In this document: positions 37,217 to 45,800 of the stretch, piece after piece
Position numbering within the stretch: the first letter of the stretch is position 1
Layout: the number at the start of each line of letters is the position of its first letter
Source of the DNA: a virus
Taxonomy: Duplodnaviria > Caudoviricetes
DNA length: 54,002 nucleotides
IMG/VR virus record: IMGVR_UViG_3300018481_000027
Location: 1-54,002 of that record
Reading direction: 5' to 3' (one strand)
Notes under the pieces: generated by a model
Told to the model about the DNA's origin: nothing
Databases searched by the model: none
What the model saw: the letters and a program-made list of their open reading frames with translations, nothing else
Position numbers and translations under genes: made by a program

Positions 37217-37408
37217 CTAGAACTTGCGGGCGAGGATGACGGTGGCGTTCGGCTCAAGTGTGGCCAGAGCATCGACATGTTCCTGGATCTTGCGCTGACG
37301 CTCCTGCTCCTCCCCAGCTGCAGCGAATGCAGTGAGGACGAAGAGGGCGGCGCAACCCAGGCCAGTGCCGGTGTTACGGGCGTACTTCTTGGCGGTTTCC
37401 TTGGTCAT
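37217..37408 (-). CDS. cassette gene, small membrane protein
   Basis: TM; RBS. Confidence 0.75.
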   Translation of the reverse strand: MTKETAKKYARNTGTGLGCAALFVLTAFAAAGEEQERQRKIQEHVDALATLEPNATVILARKF

Positions 37409-37500
37409 GGTTTTCTCCTTTTGAGTTTGATTTAGTTCTCATTAGAGGCCATGAAATTCCCGCGAAACTGAAAGCCCGTGTTAGGGGCTTTCGAGTTTGA

Positions 37501-37620
37501 TTAGCTCTTCTTCGCGAGGCGAAGGTCGTTCAGAGCGATCAGGGACATGAGGGCCATGCCGACCCACGGGCCGGTCTTACGGGCGATGGGGGCGGCAACA
37601 GCGATCTGGTCCTTGAGCAT
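37501..37620 (-). CDS. cassette gene, 39-aa membrane peptide
   Basis: ATG 37620 after AAGGAG. Confidence 0.7.
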   Translation of the reverse strand: MLKDQIAVAAPIARKTGPWVGMALMSLIALNDLRLAKKS

Positions 37621-37717
37621 TTGAATCTCCTTGCGTTTGAGGTTGATACTTCTCACTATAGGGGGTGAAAAATACGCGAAGCCCAAAAACCAAAGGCCCG
37701 GATTAGGGGCCTCAGGT

Positions 37718-37801
37718 TTAGAGGAAAATCTTCCACTGGATGAAGATTCCATTACCGAAGTCTTCGATCATGATGATCGGCTTGGGCTTCTTGGTATGCA
37801 T
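37718..37801 (-). CDS. cassette gene, 27-aa peptide
   Basis: MHTKKPKPIIMIEDFGNGIFIQWKIFL fills the space between promoter and terminator. Confidence 0.55.
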   Translation of the reverse strand: MHTKKPKPIIMIEDFGNGIFIQWKIFL

Positions 37802-37899
37802 GGGGGTCTTTCTGGTAGAGGGGATTGGTCTCATTAGATCCCGTGAATTCTACGCGAATGCAAAAAAAGAGAAGCCGTGTTTTGGCTCCTCTCTTGAGG

Positions 37900-38136
37900 T
37901 CAGTCGAGGGGGTTGTTAGCTTGTGCGTTGTGTAGCTCTATCTGAAGTCTCAGCTTCTCCACTTCGAGTTCAAGTACGTACACTTGCGCATTGGCTTCAA
38001 ACTTCGCCGTCTTCATCTTCGCGTATTGCTTGTGAAGTTCGGTGAGGGTGAAATATGCGGCAGTGCCGTACACGATCTCTTTGGGGACCTTGTTGAGGCT
38101 TTCGAGAAAGCTACCCAGAAACAATAGGTCGAACAT
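37900..38136 (-). CDS. cassette gene, hypothetical protein
   Basis: RBS; flanked by the motifs. Confidence 0.75.
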   Translation of the reverse strand: MFDLLFLGSFLESLNKVPKEIVYGTAAYFTLTELHKQYAKMKTAKFEANAQVYVLELEVEKLRLQIELHNAQANNPLD

Positions 38137-38218
38137 AATCTCCTTTCGTTTGATCTCATTAGAGGCCGTGAAATAGACGCGAAAAAGGAAAGACCGTGTA
38201 TGGTCTCTCCTCTTGAAT

Positions 38219-38434
38219 CTAGAACTGCAGAATATGCAGATCGCTGTCGTTCTTGAATGCTTCGAACATCGACTCCTGGTCCATGATCTGCAGGTTGAAC
38301 TCGGTATTGCTGAGGGGCGTTAGGACCATGTAAACATCGTCTCCAAACACCTCGCTAACAGCATCGTTACCGGTCAACTGACTGATCACACCACGGATGT
38401 CGTCTCCGAGCATAATAGCAAAGCGGGTAGGCAT
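38219..38434 (-). CDS. cassette gene, hypothetical protein
   Basis: ATG 38434 after AAGGAG. Confidence 0.75.
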   Translation of the reverse strand: MPTRFAIMLGDDIRGVISQLTGNDAVSEVFGDDVYMVLTPLSNTEFNLQIMDQESMFEAFKNDSDLHILQF

Positions 38435-38516
38435 AAAGTCTCCTTGGGTTATAGGTTCATTATATGCCCTGAAAAACCCGCGAAAAAGGAAAGCCCGTGT
38501 GGACTCTCCTATGGAA

Positions 38517-38741
38517 CTACTCGATGATCTTGAAGATGATGTAGGTAATGTTGTGGCCAGCGATGGGTACATCGATGACGATTCCATACTTACCAGGCTC
38601 GATGATTACTCCTTCCTGGATGGCATCGACAAGAGCCATTGCGTATGGCTTCTCGTCGGGCGTGTTCCAGGTAATGGGTAACGTAGGCATGGTGTCGAAA
38701 TCGACGACGAACACTTCGCGACCGTCAACGGTCTGCAACAT
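38517..38741 (-). CDS. cassette gene, hypothetical protein
   Basis: ATG 38741 after AAGGAG. Confidence 0.75.
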   Translation of the reverse strand: MLQTVDGREVFVVDFDTMPTLPITWNTPDEKPYAMALVDAIQEGVIIEPGKYGIVIDVPIAGHNITYIIFKIIE

Positions 38742-38935
38742 GTTATCTCCTTGTTTGAGTGGGTTCATTATAAACCGTGAAATATACGCGACCGCGGGTC
38801 AGTATCTATTCGAATTACGAGTCAATATCTGAGCCTTTCACGGAAATTTCCCCCCGGGAATTTTTCAATTTTCGAAAAAAGAGAGGACGTGTTTTTCACA
38901 CGATCCTCTCCTTCGTAGCCTTTCGTGAGGCTAGC

Positions 38936-39226
38936 TTACCGTGGTCTCGCGATGAAACCAAAGGCTTTCGGCGCTTTGATCACATTCTCCTTCTCGTAGC
39001 GAGCGAGCCAGAGGATGCCGAAGATGTTGGCGGCGACGAGCAACACGGTGTCCGGGCTGACACGCAGCTTGGGCCGTTCTTCGGCCTTGAGCTTGTGCAG
39101 CTTGGACACCCTGTCGATCATTGCCGAATATTCATTCGACGACTTGTCCTCCATCTCGCGCAGCTTGGCGAGCAGAGTGTTGATCTCAGCATCGAGCTTT
39201 GATTCGGTTTGAGTTTTGGTAAACAT
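38936..39226 (-). CDS. cassette gene, conserved membrane-associated phage protein
   Basis: VSPDT.L.VAANI.GIL....YEK..VI...KAFGF. Confidence 0.8.
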   Translation of the reverse strand: MFTKTQTESKLDAEINTLLAKLREMEDKSSNEYSAMIDRVSKLHKLKAEERPKLRVSPDTVLLVAANIFGILWLARYEKENVIKAPKAFGFIARPR

Positions 39227-39425
39227 TACTCTCCTTGATAGGGTCTATTATACGGCGTGTTTACGCCGCGAACCCCTTCCCCATCCTGTTTACCCCTACC
39301 TCACGACATTGACTACAACCCGGGGAGGTTGACCACCGCTGCTATAAGCGCAATCAGGAAAAGTGCGCAAAGGCAGACGAAGAATATACCGAACCCACTC
39401 AATTCGCCTAGATCGTAGCCCCCCT

Positions 39426-39812
39426 TCAGCGAGCTCTGGAACGCTTCGCTCGAGGCTTCTTGGGCGTCTCGTCGACGTCCAAGATCCCCTTCGTCTTGTT
39501 GACCTTGAACACGACTCGATCCTTGCCCTCCAGGTCGTACTCAGGATCACCGTCCAGCTGCAGGTCGAAGGTCTTGCCCTCGTGGGTCTCGTGAACGTTC
39601 AGAGTCCCCTGCGCTGTGGTGCTGTTGTAGTTCGTGGACGAGATCTGCAGGATCACGCCCAAGAACGTGTCCACCGCCACGATCGAGCCGACCACCTGTT
39701 CGGCCGCGGGAAGACCCCAGATCGCAGCCAAGGTGAAATACAGGGTGCCCGCCGCCGGGAAGGCGACGAGCGCGAGGAATTTCAGAACGTTGTACATCTT
39801 GCCGGTGATCAT
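39426..39812 (-). CDS. holin (Dp-1-like)
   Basis: MYNVLKFLALVAFPAAGTLYFTLAAIWGLP...VDTFLGVILQISS. Confidence 0.85.
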   Translation of the reverse strand: MITGKMYNVLKFLALVAFPAAGTLYFTLAAIWGLPAAEQVVGSIVAVDTFLGVILQISSTNYNSTTAQGTLNVHETHEGKTFDLQLDGDPEYDLEGKDRVVFKVNKTKGILDVDETPKKPRAKRSRAR

Positions 39813-40027
39813 GGACTCTCCTTGGTCTTGCTTTGCTGTTCTCGCTCTTTCCGCGCGTCGTCGAGCCGTTGTTTCGAATATACGGCTCCCGCAGTGATCA
39901 GCCCGACGACGATCCCCCCGAGAAACTGAACCCGGTCACCCGGATCCAGAATATCGATCGCCCCGATGGCCAGGACGGTGCTGAAGAACGCAGCTATCCC
40001 CGCCCATAAAGCGACCTGATGATTCAT
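39809..40027 (-). CDS. small two-TM protein, lysis cluster
   Basis: two TM segments next to the holin. Confidence 0.7.
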   Translation of the reverse strand: MNHQVALWAGIAAFFSTVLAIGAIDILDPGDRVQFLGGIVVGLITAGAVYSKQRLDDARKEREQQSKTKESP

Positions 40028-40491
40028 CAGGGCTCAGGTGGTGGTTCCATCGGAGGCGGTGTGATCTGTGGTTCGATCAACTTGACCTCACCCGGGTCTT
40101 CGCAGTTCGTCTTAGGCGAAATCCCATGGATGATGCCGATGGTGACATCCCGCCGACGACGAATTTCCGCCTTGGCTGCTTCGGTTGGTGCATTCTCCTG
40201 ATCGAGATTCGACCCCGCCATCAGTTGCGTAATGGCGTTGTCATGACGGATGTTTCGGTTCTCACAGGCTTGTTTGGCATCTGCTGCTTCGTCACGCAGC
40301 AAATATCCGAACCCAGCCAGAGACACGGTGCACATGAGGCCAATGAAGCCGAAGCCGATGAGGCCACGTACGATCCATGTACGGATCACGCCCTTGATGT
40401 CGAGAAGGTGGTTGTCCAACTTCTCCTCAAGGGCTTTGTACGTGTTCTTCCTGCGATCAGGTAGTTCCATTCGCCTCCCGCCTTGCTCCAT
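40027..40491 (-). CDS. membrane protein, lysis cluster
   Basis: TM plus Pro-rich tail. Confidence 0.7.
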   Translation of the reverse strand: MEQGGRRMELPDRRKNTYKALEEKLDNHLLDIKGVIRTWIVRGLIGFGFIGLMCTVSLAGFGYLLRDEAADAKQACENRNIRHDNAITQLMAGSNLDQENAPTEAAKAEIRRRRDVTIGIIHGISPKTNCEDPGEVKLIEPQITPPPMEPPPEP

Positions 40492-40702
40492 TTATTCCAC
40501 CTCCCTTGCTCATCGCGATCTCCTTGAGTACGTTGAGCCCTTGTCCCACCCCCGCCATCGTTCCGAAGAAGGGGAGGAAGGAAAACTCAACTCTGCCGGT
40601 GATCGCCCAGAACACTGGTACAAAAACAATCCCCAGAATTCCGATGACGATCAACGTGAAACTGGCCGTCCTCGACCAGCTCTCGTACTTCGCTTGCTCC
40701 AT
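40457..40702 (-). CDS. small membrane protein
   Basis: hydrophobic segments. Confidence 0.7.
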   Translation of the reverse strand: MEQAKYESWSRTASFTLIVIGILGIVFVPVFWAITGRVEFSFLPFFGTMAGVGQGLNVLKEIAMSKGGGINGARREANGTT

Positions 40703-40724
40703 CCCGCCCCCTTTCCCTACCTCC

Positions 40725-41924
40725 TCAGATGACGGATATGGTTGGGTATTCCCTTTCCCCGGTCACGTCCTCGGACCGAATGTACTCCGTTATACGCGCT
40801 TTGGTGATCCCTCCAGTGATCCCCTCAAGCTCGATCAGATCACCGAGCCCGTAGTCCACGCCGTACTTGTAGTCGTTGTTCGGCGAGGTCTCGCCATCAA
40901 TGGCGAGAATATAGTTGTTGTTCGCCAACGCATCCTTGGCGTTCTGCGCACGGAAAGCGGCGATCTCGGAAGCTCCGACAACGTACTTGGTGTACCCGCC
41001 GAAATATCCACCAGGATACTGCACCTTGCGTCCCACCGGCTCGCCCTCGGCGTCGATGACCATGACGCGACGCTCGAAACCTTCCGGCTTGGGTGCGGTG
41101 GGGTCGAGGTAGTGAATCGACCGTTCGCCCTTGTACCAGACGTAGACCACGTTCTTGAAGTTGGCCCTGCTCCTTACCTCTTTGAGGTTGGAGAGCGAGT
41201 CCATGTCCGGTGTAAGGCGCACAAGCGAGTGCGTACCTCCGGTGGTTCTGTCCACACCCCGGTAAGTCTTGAACTTCAGGACATACCCCGAGGATATGTC
41301 GGCATGATCGAGATAGAGCGTAAAGCCCATTCCTTCTTGTTGGGCAATGGTCTCGATCCCTTTGTACAGCGGACCAATGGGGAAGGTGAAACGCTCAGGG
41401 TCTCCCGAAATATCGACCTCACCGATCTCGAGATTCGGAATGATCTCGAACTCCCAGTCGAGATTGGACTCGTCACCGGTTCCGTTGAAGTCGGCTCCCG
41501 GGATGGGTACCGGGTTGATGACCATCTTGTCCACCACATACGCGACGAACTCTCCGGCTCGCAACGTCGGCTCCTCATCCTCAGGAGGTAAGGTGAAGTC
41601 CACGATCTTATCCGGTTGATCCGTAGAGTCGTAATCCGGATTCTTGAACCAGGCGATGCGATTGTCGAGAAACCCGGGCAAGGTCTGCCCCACGACGGTG
41701 ATCAGATTGTCCTTGATGTCCTGAGTTTCCAGGATCATGACTTCATCGGTCCCGCGAAGCGCCAGGAACGTCCCGTCGGCCAGCTTGGTCAGGTTCTCAT
41801 GCGAGAACGGCACGACGAGTTGTACCTCGCCCTTGGAGGAATATCGCTCGGTCCAGATAGCTGACACGTACTCGTCGACCGGCTGGTCGCTGAGAAACTG
41901 GTCGGTGAGCGTGTAGAGATCCAT
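40725..41924 (-). CDS. minor tail protein (ReqiPepy6 Gp37-like baseplate hub)
   Basis: SAIWTERY, GFERR, YKYGVDYGLGD, RITEYIRS; follows Dit. Confidence 0.85.
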   Translation of the reverse strand: MDLYTLTDQFLSDQPVDEYVSAIWTERYSSKGEVQLVVPFSHENLTKLADGTFLALRGTDEVMILETQDIKDNLITVVGQTLPGFLDNRIAWFKNPDYDSTDQPDKIVDFTLPPEDEEPTLRAGEFVAYVVDKMVINPVPIPGADFNGTGDESNLDWEFEIIPNLEIGEVDISGDPERFTFPIGPLYKGIETIAQQEGMGFTLYLDHADISSGYVLKFKTYRGVDRTTGGTHSLVRLTPDMDSLSNLKEVRSRANFKNVVYVWYKGERSIHYLDPTAPKPEGFERRVMVIDAEGEPVGRKVQYPGGYFGGYTKYVVGASEIAAFRAQNAKDALANNNYILAIDGETSPNNDYKYGVDYGLGDLIELEGITGGITKARITEYIRSEDVTGEREYPTISVI

Positions 41925-41925
41925 C

Positions 41926-42774
41926 CTACAAGCCCCCGAACCGGTTGAAATATGCCATGGTCCAGGCTTGACCAAACTCGGCTGCAGCCACCGAGAGAAC
42001 GTTCAGTCCTGGCTTGATCACCGGCCACACCGAAGTGTCGGTCATCTTGGACAGGATGTTGGTCGGAACGCCGTCGATCACGGATATGACCTGAACTCGT
42101 TTGGCTCTCGGGACAGAGCTGATCTTGAGGTATTGTGTATGATCGATGACCACACCTTCCACCTCGAGGATTTGCGGGGTTTCCGGGGACAACAAGGTGA
42201 AGGTGACATCCCCAGAATATGCGACATTGTCGACCGTACGATCGACACGGATCTCGAGTCCAGTGTCGGCAGTACCGATGTAGTCGAACTCGAGCTCGAG
42301 GGTACCGTCGTCGACGACACCCTCGTAGATCGTGGCGTCGGGTTCGATGAAGTCTGGTTTATGGCACAGGATGGAGATCTGAATCTCCGGATCCTGCGAG
42401 AACATGTTGGGTTCGAAGCTCTCGACGGTGCCCTCGATGTCCACCACGGGAAGCTCATCGCTGAAGAAGCGGAGCTTGGTCCACTGCTCGGGCATGAAAT
42501 ATCGGTAGAGCATGTGCCGGAGCGTGGTCATCGTCTGTTCGTTCCAATCTGGGTTTAGTCCCAGAGTCATGACGATGTTGCGCTTACCGGTCGAAGTGCC
42601 CTGCAAAGTTTCCCCTCGACCCGTGGCGAGAGCGGTGGAGGTGATGTCAGCCTTGACCGGCTCCAGTCCGGTGATGTTTCGAACCTGCACCGGATCGTCG
42701 CTCGGCATGAAGCCGCCCAGAGGGAGCTCTGGCGCAGACGGATTTGCACTGAACACTTCCATCCTTCTTAGCAC
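41926..42774 (-). CDS. distal tail protein (Dit)
   Basis: directly after the TMP; ITGL.P, RNIV, IEG.VE, QISILC..P, W..I.PG.N. Confidence 0.85.
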   Translation of the reverse strand: MLRRMEVFSANPSAPELPLGGFMPSDDPVQVRNITGLEPVKADITSTALATGRGETLQGTSTGKRNIVMTLGLNPDWNEQTMTTLRHMLYRYFMPEQWTKLRFFSDELPVVDIEGTVESFEPNMFSQDPEIQISILCHKPDFIEPDATIYEGVVDDGTLELEFDYIGTADTGLEIRVDRTVDNVAYSGDVTFTLLSPETPQILEVEGVVIDHTQYLKISSVPRAKRVQVISVIDGVPTNILSKMTDTSVWPVIKPGLNVLSVAAAEFGQAWTMAYFNRFGGL

Positions 42775-42871
42775 TCAGACCTCCTTCTGAAATATAGAGA
42801 CTCAAGCAGGGCCCTGCGGAGGCGCGGAACGTGTAGAACCATTCCCCACAGGGCCCATGCTGAGCCTAGGT

Positions 42872-45800
42872 TTACGACACCAGGCCCAGTCCCTCCTTGA
42901 CTTGTGAGAGCTGGTTCCTGGTCTGGCGGTAGATCTCAACATCCGACAACGCCTCAGGCGAGTAGTTGTTCTGCTCGTAGTTGAACGACACTCCGGCAGC
43001 GGCAGCTTCCTCTGCGGCTACTCGTTGGGCGGCGGAGACCTCCTGGGACACGGTGGAAGCCTGTCCGAAGGAAGCCGCGGCAGATATCGGCACCACGTTG
43101 GTCAGGTCGCTCAGCTTCTGGGCGTCCTTCTCGACGGTGGACAGATCCAGGACCGGTGTGATCGTAGGATCCATGTCGATGATTCCGCTCAACGCACTGG
43201 GCACCTTCGCCAGCGCGCTCTTGGTGGCGTCCACCAGGTTGTTCGCGGTGTTCGCCATCGTGGTCTTGACCGAAGCGCTTCCTTCGCTGAGACCCTGTGC
43301 CAGACCCTCCATCGTGAGACGGCCGATCTCCACAAATATCTGCGAAGGCGACTTCATCTTGAGACGCTTCCGGATGGCCTGGACCATCATCTTGGCCATG
43401 AAATCCATCTCGGCAGCCAGGTTCTGTCGCTCGCTCTTCAAGCCCTCAACGAGGCTCTTGGCTGCCTGGATACCTGCGTCGTAGAGCTCCTTGGAGGCAT
43501 TCTCGGCCAGCGTCTTGGACGCAGCCAGAAGCTCCTTGTCCAGAGTTCCGAGTTCCGCGATCGCGGTCTCTCCTCCGGCCAGAAGCCGTTCAGCGAACTC
43601 CTTACCAGCCAACCCCTCGTCGAGAAGCTTCCGGTAGGTGGTGTCATCCAACCCGGCCTCGCGCAACGCCGCCAGCGTCTCGGTGTACGACTTGGTCGCA
43701 TCGATCTGCGCTTGCAACGCATCGACGTAGTCCCAGACCATGGTCTCGGACTCCTTATCGATGGTCGGCGTCGCTGAATACTTGTCGGTATAGGACGAAA
43801 GTGCTTGGTCCTTATCCGACCTGAGTTTGTCGAGTGCCGACTTGGCCGCCTCGAGCTTCTTGGTGAGACTGTCATACTCACCCTTGAGCCCCATGAGCTT
43901 GCCCTTCTGGACAACCAGGCTTCCGATCAGCGTCCTCTGCGCGGATTCGGTTCGACGCAGAACCTCCTCGTTCCGGGCGATGGCCGCTTCCGCAGCTCGG
44001 ATCGCCTCGTAGTCGGGCTGAGCTTGGCTCCGCTCTTCGTCGAGGATTCTCTGGTTTTCCTGAATGGCCTTACGAGCGCCTCTTTGCGCTTCGTTGAGCT
44101 TGGTGTTCATCTCCTTGAACGCTCGGTTGACATCAGCCTGTCCACCGCGGAGGCCCTGTGCGAACCCCTTCATGGTGTCCTGGCCGATCTCCTCCATCAC
44201 CGTCGACGGAGAATGTACGCCGAGAACGGACTTGACCAACCCGACGAAACCCTTACCACTGGCTCCGAATGAGTTGTCGACGGCCTTCTTCGTTGCCGGG
44301 GCTTGCTTCTCGAGTCCCTTCTGGAAGCCGACCATCGTCATGACACCAATATCCATGAACACCTTGGACGGCGACTTGATACCGAGGAAGTTCTTGGCCT
44401 TGTCCACCGCGCCACCCATGACGTCGACGATTGCGTCCTTGATGGCGCCTCCGCCTTCGCTGATGGCCTTGGCAATAGCGTCGACGATGGCATCTCCGAC
44501 ACCCTTACCAGCCTTGATGAGCACATCGTCGTTCTCTCGAATCGAGCGCTCGAGCCCGTTGAGAAGGCGAATGACGGCCTTGAAGCCAATATCCGCCAAC
44601 CCCACCATGCCGTCGGCAATACCGTTCATAAACGCTCTAGCGACCGCAAGACCCTTGGTGACAAGCCTCGGAATCGCCTTCTGGATGCCGTCCAAGAAGC
44701 CCAGGATGATGTTGGTACCCGCGCGAATAAACCGCGGCACAGCCTGAGCGATAGCGTTCAAGAACCCGACGATCAGACGGACACCTGCCGCCGTGACCTT
44801 CGGAATTTGACGAGTCACCGCGTTGAGGAACGTGGTGATGATCTTGCCCACGGATTCGACGATGCGCCCAACGTTCTGGGCGACGCCTTGGAGGAACGTG
44901 ACCAGAAGGTCCGCACCAGCCTTGATCACCGCAGGTGCTTGCGCGGTGAGAGCTTGGAGGAACTTGGTGATGATCTCGGCCACCTTGGTGGTGATGGCGC
45001 CGATATTTTGCGAGAGCCCGTTGAGGAAACCCATCAACAACGTGACACCCGTTGCTATGAGCTTCGGCACGTTTTCGATCAGCACCTGGACGATGGAGTC
45101 CACCAATATGCCGATGGCGATGGCCAGCTTGGGAGCATTCTCGATGAGGAACAGAATGATCGTGTCGATGATGACGCCCAGAGCGACAACGACCTTGGGG
45201 AGCAGCTCCGTCAGCTGATCGACGATGCTCAGCAACCCCTTGACGAACTCGATGACGAGGGTTGGAATAAGCGCGACAAAGGCTGTCAACGCCGTGACCA
45301 TGACGGCCACACCCTTCCCACCGTCGGCACCCAGAAGCGACAGCGCCTTGGCGAACAGGAATACCGCTCCTGCTGTCACCACGAACGCCCCAGCCAAGGG
45401 CAACAACGCCACACCGAGAGCACTGAGCGGAGCGGCGGCCAGTGCACCCACTAGAGCGAGGGTGCCCAAAACCAGCGCAATCGCCATCAAGCCCTTGAAT
45501 ATGGTCGAGAACTTCAACTGCCCCATGAACGCCAATGTTGGCGCCAGGATGGCCAAGGCAGCTGCAGCTGCCAACAACGCAACCGAGCCGCCCAGCGTAC
45601 CTTGCATGAATATGAGGCCGACCGCCAGGATCCCCAGCGTCAGACCCAGAGCGGTGAGGCCCTTGATCAGGCCCCAGATGCTGATCCCGCCCATGATCTC
45701 GATGGCCTTGCCGATGGCGCTGAGTCCTATCCCGACAAGAATAAGCCCCGCTCCGATGGCGACCATGTTCGGCGGCATGAGCCACATAGCGATTCCGATG

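Larger units (their letters stand above)
36603..39272 (-). repeat. tandem array of nine promoter-gene-terminator cassettes
   Basis: promoters at 36891, 37145, 37441, 37655, 37833, 38158, 38459, 38767 and 39247 (26 bp each), most abutting an ACACGG-type terminator. Confidence 0.85.

Noticed and set aside
36603-39272. True integron or CRISPR array
   Set aside because: No integrase, no attC R-box structure; repeats are degenerate and the intervening units are genes
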